Counted from the first letter of the stretch, positions 1-12,877 are shown. The stretch: DNA of 64,000 nt from Anaerolineae bacterium (GCA_034432595.1 DAOUBT010000033.1:2353-66352), one strand, 5' to 3'. Notes: a model not told the origin generated them from the sequence alone. A program made the numbers and translations.

Positions 1-74
1 AAACCCGCACCAAAGTTGTGGAGCACTGCCTCCTCATGACCACCGACCCCGGCGACCTGGTGTTCGACCCGACG

Positions 75-1178
75 TGTGTCCGCAAAGGGACGCGGGTATG
101 GCGGATGGATGAGCCGGATAGCAGCACCTCTGCCGTCCCCCCGCGGGGAGAATACCCCCCTGTCGTTCCCCCGCTTGCGGGGGGACACAACCCTCCCTCC
201 CCGCGCGCGGGGATGGCCGGGGAGGGGACTGCCCCCTCTCAAAAGGCGGTGAGGGCCGGGGAAGGGACTGCCCCCTCTCAAAAGGCGGGGAGGGCCGGGG
301 AGGGGACTGCCTCCTCTCAAAAGGCGGGGAGGGCCGGGGAGAGGACTACTCCCTCTCAACAAGCGGGGAGGGCCGGGGAGGGGACTACACCCTCCCAGCA
401 AGCGGGGAGGGCCGGGGAGGGGCTTACGCCCGTCCCCATCGAAACCCTCCAGCCCGGGACCTGCGTGCTTGGTCACGACGGTCTGCCTCACCGTGTTCTG
501 CGTGTCATTCGACGAACCTATAACGGAACGATGGTTGGCATTCGCCATACCCTGTGTGACCAAACGTTGTGGCTCACAGCCGATCACAAGGTATTGGCCC
601 ACAAGCGGCCGCACAACCTGGGAGGCCATGCCGACTGGTCGGGCATTCCGCCGTTCCTGCGAGGGCGCAGTCGCGAACTACGCAAGAACATGACACCTCC
701 GGAGCGAAAATTGTGGGCCGTCCTGCGCCGCGACAGCACAGGTTTCACCTTCAGACGCCAACACCCCATCGGTCGGTACATCGCCGATTTCTACTGCCGT
801 GAAGCAGCCCTGGTGGTGGAAGTGGACGGCGCTATGGCCCATAGCCATCCCGCCGCCATCGAACACGACCGAGTCCGCGACGAATTCCTGCGCTCCCTGA
901 ACCTGAGGACGCTGCGTTTTCCCGCCGTAGAGGTGGAGCGCAATCTTGAAGGGGTTTTCACGGCTATTCAGGAAGCCTGCCGGGAGCAGTTTTCACCCGA
1001 ACATGCCCAATGGATCGAGGCGGAACAGCTAGAAAAGGGGGACATCGTGTTTTACGGCCCCCATCGTTCACCGGTGCGCGTCGAAGAAGTTGTGAGAATC
1101 CCTTCTGAAGAAGAAGTCTACGACCTGGAAGTCGAAGGAGTGCACTCGTTCATCACCGAAGTCTGCGCCGTGCACAAC
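75..1178 (+). mobile_element. Intein (368 aa) with an internal DUF559/Vsr-like endonuclease domain
   Basis: Starts with Cys (CVRKGTRVW), has block B LTADH and block F VYDLEVEGVHSFIT, and ends VHN followed by Cys+1. The central RKNMTPPERKLW..FRRQHPIGRYIADFYC..VVEVDG..H..RD segment is DUF559-like. Removing it restores DPT-CGS. Confidence 0.92.
137..423. repeat. GC-rich palindromes followed by ~5.3 tandem 39-bp repeats (13-aa RAGEGTAPSQKAG) inside the intein
   Basis: Unit GGGCCGGGGAGGGGACTGCCCCCTCTCAAAAGGCGGGGA repeats from ~214 to 423. Upstream palindromes include CCCCCGCTTGCGGGGG. Confidence 0.9.
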
Positions 1179-1605
1179 TGCGGCTCCGACACCACCGCCT
1201 ACGTGGCCGAGCAGTGGGGCCGGCGCTGGATCACCTGCGATACCTCGCGTGTCGCTTTAGCCATCGCTCGTCAGCGGCTGATGACCGCCGTCTTCGATTA
1301 CTACGAACTGGCGCATTCCGAAGAGGGCGTCGGCTCCAGCTTCAAGTCCAAGACCGTGCCGCACGTGACGCTCAAGTCCATCGCCAACAATCAGGAGATT
1401 GACTGCATTTACGCCCGCTGGCAGACCAAACTTGAACCGCTTCGGGAGGAGAGGAAGTCAAACGCCTGCTCACGGAGTTGGCGGTTGCGCCGCAAGCGTC
1501 AGGAGGAGATAAACGCCGCCATCGCCCGCCTCTGCGCAGCCCGCCGCTGAGCCTGACCGTCAGGCAAGTTTAATACAAAAAGAAGCCCCCTTGCAAAAGG
1601 CGAAA

Positions 1606-1633
1606 TTGAAAAATCCCCTAAAGCCATTATAAT
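1606..1633 (+). promoter_or_regulatory. Sigma70-type promoter of pstS, probably leaderless
   Basis: TTGAAA(1606-1611)-16 bp-TATAAT(1628-1633). The ATG is 7 nt downstream and there is no Shine-Dalgarno. Confidence 0.6.
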
Positions 1634-1640
1634 ATTTCCC

Positions 1641-2531
1641 ATGAGCGTCAAGAAAACGATCACAGGTTTCATCATCCTGTTCCTGCTCCTGACGGGCTGT
1701 GCGGCGCCTGTTCAGGGCACAACGCCTACCCCCGAAGCCGTCATCACCCTGCAGAACAAAGGCTCGGATACGATGGTCAACCTGGCCTTAGCCTGGGCCG
1801 AGCGCTATCAGGAAATCAATCCGCAGGTGCGTTTAGCCGTCACCGGCGGCGGATCGGGGACGGGCATTGCCGCCCTGCTTAACGGCACGGTGGACATCGC
1901 CAACGCCTCGCGTGCCATCAAGCCGGAAGAAATCGCCGAAGCTGAAAAGCAGGGCATCACGCCGGTGGAATTCGTCGTCGCTCGCGATGCTATCGCCGTC
2001 ATCGTGCACCCCGACAACCCGGTGGATCACCTCACCCTGCAGCAAATTTCAGATATCTATCAGGGCAAAATCACCAACTGGCGTGAAGTCGGTGGAGAAG
2101 ACCGCCCCATCGTGCTGCTCTCCCGCGAGACCAACTCCGGCACCCACGTCTACTTCCTGGAAGAAGTGGTGCGCCTGGGCAACGCAAAAGCCACCGACAT
2201 CCTTTTCTCACCGGAGACCCTGCTCATGCCCTCGTCCGAAGGCATCACGGCGGAAGTGCGGCAAAACCCCAATGCTATCGGCTATGATGGTTTGGGCTAT
2301 GTCACGCCTGATGTTAAGACCGTCGCCGTTGGCCTCGATCCCGCCGGTCCGTTCTACCCACCCTCGGTGGAAACCGTGAACAGCGGCCAATACCCTATCG
2401 CCCGCGACCTGTACATGTACACGGCGGGAGAGCCGACCGGAGCGCTGCAAGCTTACCTGGAGTGGATTTTGAGTCCCGAAGCGCAAGGGATTGTCAAAGA
2501 CTTGGGATTCGTTCCCATCATCAGCAAGTAA
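1641..2531 (+). CDS. pstS: Phosphate ABC transporter substrate-binding lipoprotein
   Basis: Lipobox LLTGC, motifs KGSDTM and GGGSGTGI, and position upstream of pstCAB. Confidence 0.93.
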   Translation: MSVKKTITGFIILFLLLTGCAAPVQGTTPTPEAVITLQNKGSDTMVNLALAWAERYQEINPQVRLAVTGGGSGTGIAALLNGTVDIANASRAIKPEEIAEAEKQGITPVEFVVARDAIAVIVHPDNPVDHLTLQQISDIYQGKITNWREVGGEDRPIVLLSRETNSGTHVYFLEEVVRLGNAKATDILFSPETLLMPSSEGITAEVRQNPNAIGYDGLGYVTPDVKTVAVGLDPAGPFYPPSVETVNSGQYPIARDLYMYTAGEPTGALQAYLEWILSPEAQGIVKDLGFVPIISK

Positions 2532-2540
2532 CGAGGGGCC

Positions 2541-3434
2541 ATGCAACGTAAGCGAGCTTTTGAATTCATCATCGAGCGCGGCATTCAGGCTTCCGGCATT
2601 TCCGCCATCGTCCTGGTCGCGCTCATTTTTATGTTCCTCATCCGGGAAGGCGCACCTGCGTTCTTCGAAGTACCGATCGCCAAACTCTTCTCCACGCGCT
2701 GGTATCCTATCGAAAGCCATTTCGGCCTTTTGCCGCTCATTTTGGGGTCGTTGATGGTGACCCTCGGTGCAGCGCTGGTCGCCCTTCCCACCGGGCTACT
2801 GACCGCCATCTTCATCGCCGAAATCGCCCCCGAATGGGCACGCGACCTGCTCAAACCCATGGTGGAAGTCCTGGCGGGCATTCCTTCCGTCGTCCTGGGC
2901 TTTTTCGGCATGGTCGCCATCGCGCCCTTAGTGCGGGAAACCCTGAACATCCCTACCGGCCTGACCGCTTTCACCGGCGCTTTGCTCCTGGCCTGGATGG
3001 CGCTGCCTACCATCGTCAGCGTAGCCGAGGACGCCATTGATGCTGTTCCCAACACCTACCGCGACGCGGGCCTGGCCTTAGGCCTCACCCACTGGCAAAC
3101 CATCTGGCGTATCGTCATCCCTGCGGCGCGCTCTGGCATTCTTACTGCGATGATGCTCGGCATCGGGCGCGCCATCGGCGAGACCATGACCGTGATGATG
3201 GTAACGGGCAACGCGGCGCGTATGCCGCTCACGGCGGATAGCTTCTTCCGTCCGGTGCGCACCATGACCGCCACCATCGCCGCCGAAATGGGCGAGGTCG
3301 CCAGCGGAAGCACCCATTACCATGTGCTCTTTGCCGTTGGCCTGGCCCTGTTCGTCATCACCTTTATCATCAACATGCTCGCAGCGGCGTTCGTCTTCCG
3401 GCAAGTGCGCCGTTCAGAACGCATCATGTCCTGA
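2541..3434 (+). CDS. pstC: Phosphate ABC transporter permease
   Basis: Hydrophobic; motifs LAGIPSVVLG and GIGRAIGETM. Confidence 0.93.
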   Translation: MQRKRAFEFIIERGIQASGISAIVLVALIFMFLIREGAPAFFEVPIAKLFSTRWYPIESHFGLLPLILGSLMVTLGAALVALPTGLLTAIFIAEIAPEWARDLLKPMVEVLAGIPSVVLGFFGMVAIAPLVRETLNIPTGLTAFTGALLLAWMALPTIVSVAEDAIDAVPNTYRDAGLALGLTHWQTIWRIVIPAARSGILTAMMLGIGRAIGETMTVMMVTGNAARMPLTADSFFRPVRTMTATIAAEMGEVASGSTHYHVLFAVGLALFVITFIINMLAAAFVFRQVRRSERIMS

Positions 3435-3443
3435 GGTGACGCC

Positions 3444-4289
3444 ATGAGCCGTCAAGTCCAACAACGCCTGGGTTTCTTCTTCGTCTCCCTTGTGGCCGTG
3501 CTGGTCATCGTGCCCATCTTCTTCATCGTCGGTTCAATCGCGTGGCAGGGCCTGCCCGCCATTTCCTGGTCCTTCCTCACTGACTACCCCTACCATGGGA
3601 TGAAGGAGGGGGGCATTTTGCCGGCGCTGGTCGGCACCTTCTGGCTGACGCTGGGCACGGCGATCGTCAGCGTGCCCATCGGCGTGGGGGCGGGCATCTA
3701 TCTTTCGGAATATGCCAAAGACACCCCGCTGACGCGCGCCATTCGCATCGCTATCATCAACCTGGCGGGCATCCCCTCCGTGGTGTACGGTCTGTTTGGC
3801 CTGGGCCTGTTCGTGCTGTTCCTGGGCTTTGGCACCTCGATTCTGGCCGGCTCGCTGACCCTGGGCATTATGACCCTGCCGGTCATCATCAGCACCACCG
3901 AGGAAGCGGTGCGCGCCGTACCGCAGGCCTTCCGCGCCATCAGCATCAGCTTAGGCGGCACGCGCTGGCAGACCATCTACCGCATCGTGCTACCGCAGGC
4001 CTTGCCGGGCATCATGACCGGCGTCATCCTGGGCCTGGAGCGCGCCGCGGGCGAGACCGCGCCCATTCTGTTCACCGTAGCGGCGTTTTTCCTGCCACGC
4101 CTGCCTCACTCCATCTTTGATCAAACCATGGCGCTGCCCTACCACCTTTTCGTCATCAGCACGCAGGTGCCGGGCATGCCGGTTAAAATCCAATACGGGA
4201 CGGCGTTAGTCCTGCTGGTCTTCGTGCTCTCGATGAACTTCATCGCCACGATGATCCGCCGTCGTTACCGTCGCAATCGAGCGTGGTAA
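3444..4289 (+). CDS. pstA: Phosphate ABC transporter permease
   Basis: Motifs NLAGIPSVVYGLFG and ERAAGETAP. Confidence 0.93.
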   Translation: MSRQVQQRLGFFFVSLVAVLVIVPIFFIVGSIAWQGLPAISWSFLTDYPYHGMKEGGILPALVGTFWLTLGTAIVSVPIGVGAGIYLSEYAKDTPLTRAIRIAIINLAGIPSVVYGLFGLGLFVLFLGFGTSILAGSLTLGIMTLPVIISTTEEAVRAVPQAFRAISISLGGTRWQTIYRIVLPQALPGIMTGVILGLERAAGETAPILFTVAAFFLPRLPHSIFDQTMALPYHLFVISTQVPGMPVKIQYGTALVLLVFVLSMNFIATMIRRRYRRNRAW

Positions 4290-4291
4290 GC

Positions 4292-5056
4292 ATGGAACTC
4301 CAAATCAAAATCCAGATTGAGGATTTCTCCCTGCGTTATTCGGATGGCGTCGAAAGCCTGCGCCACATTACGCTTCCCATTTACAGCAATCAAATTAACG
4401 TCCTTTTTGGGCCGGCGGGCGGCGGCAAAAGCTCCCTCTTGCGTGCTATCAATCGCTTAAATGATCTGGTGGATGTGGCCGAGCGTAGCGGGCGCATCCT
4501 GCTCGATGGGGAAGATGTCTACGCCCCCGGTTATGATGTCATCGCCTTGCGCCGAAGGGTGGGGATTGTCTTTGCGCGTCCCGTCTCCCTGCCTTTGAGC
4601 GTGTATCGCAACATCACTTACGGCCTGGAGCTGGCCGGAGTGCGCGATAAAACCGTGCTCGATGAAGCCGTCGAACGCAGCCTGCGTCAGGCAGCCTTGT
4701 GGGATGAAATGAAAGACCGCCTGCACGATCCCGCCTATGCCCTTTCGGGCGGGCAGCAGCAGCGCCTGTCCCTGGCGCGGACGCTGGCCCTCCAACCGGA
4801 AGTCATCATGCTGGATGAACCCACATCGGCCTTAGATCCCATTTCTACGGCCAAAATCGAAGATACACTGCAAGAGCTCAAGCAGACCTACACCATCATT
4901 GTCGTGCCCCACAATGTGCAGCAGGCCGCGCGGTTAGCGGATTGGGCGAGCTTTTTCCTGCAGAGCGAACTCATCGAACACGGACCGGGACGCACCTTGT
5001 TCCTCACACCCCAGGACAAACGCACCGAGGACTACGTCGCAGGCCGTTTTGGGTAA
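4292..5056 (+). CDS. pstB: Phosphate ABC transporter ATPase
   Basis: Walker A GPAGGGKS, signature LSGGQQQRL, Walker B MLDEPTSALDP, and C-terminal RTEDYVAGRFG. Confidence 0.92.
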   Translation: MELQIKIQIEDFSLRYSDGVESLRHITLPIYSNQINVLFGPAGGGKSSLLRAINRLNDLVDVAERSGRILLDGEDVYAPGYDVIALRRRVGIVFARPVSLPLSVYRNITYGLELAGVRDKTVLDEAVERSLRQAALWDEMKDRLHDPAYALSGGQQQRLSLARTLALQPEVIMLDEPTSALDPISTAKIEDTLQELKQTYTIIVVPHNVQQAARLADWASFFLQSELIEHGPGRTLFLTPQDKRTEDYVAGRFG

Positions 5057-5131
5057 GATTGAGCAACTTCGCACAGCCCATGAGAAAACAAGCTCATGCA
5101 CCTGCCGGGCCATGGCAAACGGCTGGGAAGT

Positions 5132-5261
5132 GTAACGGCTTCCATCCCCTATCGGAGCCGTGTTGAACTTGCGCTGCTGTGTTTTCAGCCAGGTACCTGA
5201 GGAGCCAAAGTGGGGCAGGCTAAAGCCATGCCTCGCCTGCCCTGAGGAGGTAAGCCGTTAC
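5132..5261. mobile_element. MITE-like element with ~13-bp terminal inverted repeats and an internal palindrome
   Basis: Left end GTAACGGCTTCC, right end GGTAAGCCGTTAC, internal hairpin GGGCAGGC...GCCTGCCC (5213-5242). A further right end GAGCCGTTAC lies at 5367-5376. Confidence 0.6.
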
Positions 5262-5527
5262 GGGAAAGGTCTTTTTTTCAATAGCATGTTCAGCCACCCA
5301 GAACCCTGGGAAAGCGGCTTGTTTTCGCCGTTTTCCTGTGACAGATCACAACGGCCCTGCTCTCACGAGCCGTTACAGAAAAGCCGTTCAGCCCGGAAAA
5401 ACAGGCCCATGCCCAATTATAAAGAAAAAATTCGCTCTTTATTCTACGCACACCTGATGTATAATTGGGCCGGTCAAGTAAGGCTTTGCGCTTATGATCC
5501 AAGCTTATTTTCAACAAGGAGGCACAC

Positions 5528-9088
<3,561 letters not shown>

Positions 9089-9105
9089 CCCCTTGCTGCA
9101 ACGCG

Positions 9106-9140
9106 CAGGCGCCGGTCATCCGACCGGCGCCTGTTTTGTT
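9106..9140 (+). terminator. Intrinsic terminator after PFOR
   Basis: CAGGCGCCGGTC-ATCC-GACCGGCGCCTG followed by TTTTGTT. Confidence 0.85.
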
Positions 9141-9231
9141 ATAAGCAGGAAACGGGTATGCGCGTTCGAGGGTACCGTGGCGTCCCCCCACCGGCGCATC
9201 CAGGCCGGGAAATAGAAAAAGCGGACCCGAT

Positions 9232-10002
9232 CTACGCCTCCAGGACCACCACGTGACGGTCGTCCACCTCGATGACCGTGATGGGTACCCCATAGGTCGC
9301 CGTGAGCCGTTCCGCCGTCAGGGCCGTGCCGTTCTCTCCCGCGGCCAACACCTGTCCATCGCGCATCAGCACCACGTAGTCGGCCACCAGCGCTGCCGCG
9401 CTAGGGTCGTGCGTGGTAAAGATCACCGTTGTCCCCTGCGCCGCCAGGGTCCGCATGAGCTGCAAAACGCGCTTTTGATTGCCCAGGTCCAGGTGCGAAG
9501 TCGGCTCATCCAGCAGCAGGATGCGGGGCTCTTGCGCCAGCGCGCGCGCTACGGTGACCAGTTGCCGCTCTCCGCCGCTGAGGGTGGTGACGGGGCGCGC
9601 GCGCAAATGGACAGCCCCCACCGTCTCCAAAGCCCGGCACGCGACCTGACGGTCAGCTTCGCGCGGCGTCTCCAGCAATTCCAGATAGGGCGCTCGCCCC
9701 AACAACACGTACTCCAGCACGGTAAAATCGAAGGGGATGTACTCATCCTGCGGCACCAGGCCCACCAGACGCCCCATCTCACGCCGTCCATAGGCCTGAC
9801 GAGGCCGACCGTCCAGCCAAATCTGCCCGCTGCGCGGCGTCAACAACCCAACCATCAGGTGCAGCAAGGTGCTCTTCCCTGCGCCATTCGGCCCCAGGAT
9901 GGCAGTCACCTTTCCCGCGGGGAAATCCAACGTGAACCCCTCCAGCACAGGCCGGGCATCATAACCAAAACATAACGCCTCTAACGTGATGATGGGTTTC
10001 AT
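9232..10002 (-). CDS. Iron-siderophore/cobalamin-class ABC transporter ATPase
   Basis: Motifs GPNGAGKST, LSGGERQ and LLDEPTSHLD. Confidence 0.9.
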   Translation of the reverse strand: MKPIITLEALCFGYDARPVLEGFTLDFPAGKVTAILGPNGAGKSTLLHLMVGLLTPRSGQIWLDGRPRQAYGRREMGRLVGLVPQDEYIPFDFTVLEYVLLGRAPYLELLETPREADRQVACRALETVGAVHLRARPVTTLSGGERQLVTVARALAQEPRILLLDEPTSHLDLGNQKRVLQLMRTLAAQGTTVIFTTHDPSAAALVADYVVLMRDGQVLAAGENGTALTAERLTATYGVPITVIEVDDRHVVVLEA

Positions 10003-10982
10003 CGCAACCGCTCCGGAGCTTTGTGCACCATCAGGCCGATAAACACCAGCGCGCCCACCAGGGAGGTGAGAATGCCCAGTGGAATCTCACCGGGAAGGAG
10101 GGTGCGGGCCAGGTCGTCGCAAATCACCACGAAAATCGCGCCCATCAACAGGGAGGCGGGGAGCGCGCGCTGCGCGTCCGCACCGAGCAACCGCCGCGCC
10201 AGATGGGGCACAATCAACCCAACCCAACCGACAATGCCCGACACCGAGACCACGGCCGCCGTAGCCGCCACCGCTGCGACCAATAAGACCGTCCGCTCGC
10301 GCGCCGGTTGCGTGCCCAGAGAGAAAACCGTCTCATCCTGCAACGCCAGGAGATTGAGCCGCCAGCGCATCAACACCAGCAGCACCAGCGCCGGCAAAGC
10401 CATGGGCACCACCATCCCCAGTTTCGTCCAGGTGATGCCGGATAGCCCGCCCAACGTCCAGAAAACGATATCCTGAAGCTGCGTCAGCGGATCGGCCATG
10501 TATTTGAGGATGCCCACCCCGGACGAGAATAACGCCGAAACAGCAATGCCGGCCAACACCAGCCGCAACACCCACCCGCCATAACGAATGCGCCGCGCCA
10601 GAAAATACGAAAGAGCCAGGCCCAGGCAGGCAAACAGCGCCGCGCTGACCTGCAACGTTCCGGCCTGCGGACCGATGACGATGATGCTGAAAGCCGCGCC
10701 AAAAGCCGCTCCCTGAGAGATGCCCAGGAAGCCCGGTTCCACCAGCGGGTTGCGGAAAATCATCTGTAACACGGTGCCGGAAGCTGCCAGCGCCATCCCC
10801 AGAAGACAGGCCGTCAGGATACGCGGCAAACGCAGCATGAGCACCAGCCGCTGCGCCGTGGCATCGTGGAACAAACGGAAGGGAGACATGCCGTAAGGCG
10901 CGGGGTACCTTCCTACCAGCAAGGAAAGCCCCAACACCACCAGCAAAACCAGCGTAAGCCCCCAGACAATGCGTCGTTTCAT
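9999..10982 (-). CDS. FecCD/BtuC-family ABC permease
   Basis: Motifs LRLPRI, IFRNPLVEP and GIVGWVGLIVPH. Confidence 0.92.
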   Translation of the reverse strand: MKRRIVWGLTLVLLVVLGLSLLVGRYPAPYGMSPFRLFHDATAQRLVLMLRLPRILTACLLGMALAASGTVLQMIFRNPLVEPGFLGISQGAAFGAAFSIIVIGPQAGTLQVSAALFACLGLALSYFLARRIRYGGWVLRLVLAGIAVSALFSSGVGILKYMADPLTQLQDIVFWTLGGLSGITWTKLGMVVPMALPALVLLVLMRWRLNLLALQDETVFSLGTQPARERTVLLVAAVAATAAVVSVSGIVGWVGLIVPHLARRLLGADAQRALPASLLMGAIFVVICDDLARTLLPGEIPLGILTSLVGALVFIGLMVHKAPERLR

Positions 10983-10997
10983 AGGCGTAAAGCCATA

Positions 10998-11024
10998 GGG
11001 GCAGGGTTAAAGCAACCCTGCCCC
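10998..11024. repeat. REP-like GC hairpin between SBP and permease genes
   Basis: GGGGCAGGGTT-AAAGC-AACCCTGCCCC, preceded by ATAG (GTAG-type REP-like). Confidence 0.6.
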
Positions 11025-11033
11025 ACCATGGAC

Positions 11034-12131
11034 TCAGGGCACCACAACATCGCCCTGCACGGACGGGATGATGTGCTGCCGAACCGCGGCTTCATCTATC
11101 CCGTAGAGTTTCCCGTAGAAGTCCACCAACTCCTGTTGCAAATCGGGCTTGAATTGATCGGGATGCAAACGCCCGGCAAGCCAGGTCAGGCCGAGGATCC
11201 AACGGGGATCCGGCTGATCCCAACTGTAAAAATCTTTGGGGAAGCCGTAGATGCGGCCCTGTTGCACGGCGGGGAGTGCCTGCCATTGCGGGTCGGCTTT
11301 CAAGCTCGCAACAACCTGATTGGGGTCGCCCTGATAGACAATCACCATAACTGCATCGGGATTCCAGGCGAGGATTTGCTCCAGGTTCACCGTAGCCCAA
11401 CCGCCGCCGGTCGCTGCCTCTTTCCACACCGGGATGCCCCCAGCCAACTCGACCATCTGCGTTTGAATCCAGGCCGCCGGTGGAACCTTCAACGCCACCG
11501 CACCATCCTTTTCCGTGTACTGACAAACGAGCACGCGCGGACGTTGGGCTTCCGGCACGCTGCTGACGGCCTGCGTCACCTGCGCAGTCTTCTCCGTGTA
11601 GAAACGGCTGAGCATCTCCGCGCGCGCCACGTCCCCGAAAAGCTGCCCCAGGGTGAGCAAATCCCGCTGATACTGCTCCGGCGTCTCCAGATCCACATAG
11701 ACCACCTTAATGCCCAACTGTTCCAGCGGTTGCCCCAGGCTTTCGGCCATGTAGCTCTTCAGCACCACAACATCGGGATTCAGCGGCGCAATCTGCTCTA
11801 CCCCGGCATCCGGCTCCAGCGTCAGCTTCTGGGCAAAATCGGCGTCCACCAGGGATAAGAAAGCCGCGCTGGCCTGTGCGCCGCGGCCCGTAGCCAGGAC
11901 CCGCTCCACCGCCTGCGGGAAGAGATAAAGCGCATCGGTCACGATAAAGACTGCCTTACCGGCCACCACAATCCGCTGCGGCGGGGTAGAAAAGGTCACC
12001 GTGCGCCCCAGGGCATCCGTCACCACCGTCTCGGCAGAGGTGGGCATGGACGTGGGGGTCGGCGTGGTCCGGCACCCGGTCAAAGCTAACACGGTCACCA
12101 ACAATAGGCTGATTACAAGCTTGAAACGCAT
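11034..12131 (-). CDS. Fe/B12-class ABC transporter substrate-binding lipoprotein
   Basis: Lipobox LALTGC; motifs VTDALGRTVT..PPQRIV, EQILAWNPD and WDQPDPR. Confidence 0.88.
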   Translation of the reverse strand: MRFKLVISLLLVTVLALTGCRTTPTPTSMPTSAETVVTDALGRTVTFSTPPQRIVVAGKAVFIVTDALYLFPQAVERVLATGRGAQASAAFLSLVDADFAQKLTLEPDAGVEQIAPLNPDVVVLKSYMAESLGQPLEQLGIKVVYVDLETPEQYQRDLLTLGQLFGDVARAEMLSRFYTEKTAQVTQAVSSVPEAQRPRVLVCQYTEKDGAVALKVPPAAWIQTQMVELAGGIPVWKEAATGGGWATVNLEQILAWNPDAVMVIVYQGDPNQVVASLKADPQWQALPAVQQGRIYGFPKDFYSWDQPDPRWILGLTWLAGRLHPDQFKPDLQQELVDFYGKLYGIDEAAVRQHIIPSVQGDVVVP

Positions 12132-12301
12132 AGACCCTCCTCAAGGAAGTGATGACATAGCGGTTTGCTCCGCGCCCCGTCAAAAAGCACAGAGCGCCAA
12201 CCCCAACCCAGGCAGGTTGAGCAGTTACCCAAGGAATGAGAATCGCTCACGATAGACTTTCAGCCGAACGGCGACCGCTATGGCGGTGAGTTCCCCATGC
12301 T

Positions 12302-12847
12302 TCAAGCGGTATAAATGGCCTCGCAAGTGTCCAGCCAGGCCAGCATCGCTTCAATCTGTCCGCTGCGGAAGCGATAAACGAGCCAGGCATAACTATCCTT
12401 GCCTTCCACCGAAGCCGCCTGCTGCCGTTGCTCGGCCAGCCACTGTTCGCACATGGCACGCTGCCGGGCGAGCAGTCGGGCCACCACCTCCGATGAAACG
12501 CGCCGCGCAAAGTACAGCTTGGCCAAAAATTCCAGGCGGAAGGCACGTCCGCGTGCCACCGGTTGTTCCACCCAGGTGCGGAAAGTCGCCGCGCCTTGAT
12601 CGGTCAAACGGAACACCTTGCGCGCCGGACGCCCTTCCTGCGCCTCCAGGGTAGAGGTCACATACCCTTCCTGCTCAAGCCGATCCAGCAGCGCGTAAAG
12701 TTGCCCTGGCTTGAGCCGCCAGACCACGCCCAGCTCCGCTGGCCGGCTGAGAAACTGATACATCTCATAGCCGTGCATAGGCCGTTCGTACAAAAAGCCC
12801 AGCAAGGCCTGCTCAACGGTTAGAGGAACCCGTGTCGTGTGGCTCAT
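12302..12847 (-). CDS. PadR-family transcriptional regulator
   Basis: LLGFL..RPMHGYE...QLYALLDRLEQEG..RPARKVFRLTDQG and a C-terminal helical dimerisation region. The start was reassigned to ATG 12847 because the longer ORF overlaps the promoter. Confidence 0.9.
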   Translation of the reverse strand: MSHTTRVPLTVEQALLGFLYERPMHGYEMYQFLSRPAELGVVWRLKPGQLYALLDRLEQEGYVTSTLEAQEGRPARKVFRLTDQGAATFRTWVEQPVARGRAFRLEFLAKLYFARRVSSEVVARLLARQRAMCEQWLAEQRQQAASVEGKDSYAWLVYRFRSGQIEAMLAWLDTCEAIYTA

Positions 12848-12877
12848 CGTATTATCGCTTTCATGTTCACGGTGTAA

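Larger units (their letters stand above)
3..1550 (+). pseudogene. 3' part of an N4/N6 DNA methyltransferase (type III Mod-like), intein-interrupted, apparently degenerate/truncated; 5' end lies outside the window
   Basis: Frame is open from base 3. Exteins read KVVEHCLLMTTDPGDLVFDPT / CGSDTTAYVAEQWGRRWITCDTSRVALAIARQRL, which is SAM-binding motif I of beta-class MTases. GSG is changed to GSD, and the frame ends soon after VPHVTLKSIANN. Confidence 0.75.

Noticed and set aside
214-423. 39-bp tandem repeats as a CRISPR array
   Set aside because: Units are contiguous with no unique spacers, lie in-frame inside a coding region, and no cas genes are present.
12132-12301. Cobalamin riboswitch before the Fe/B12-class ABC operon
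   Set aside because: No B12-box or GGGAA/GCCACTG-type conserved elements were found on the minus strand.
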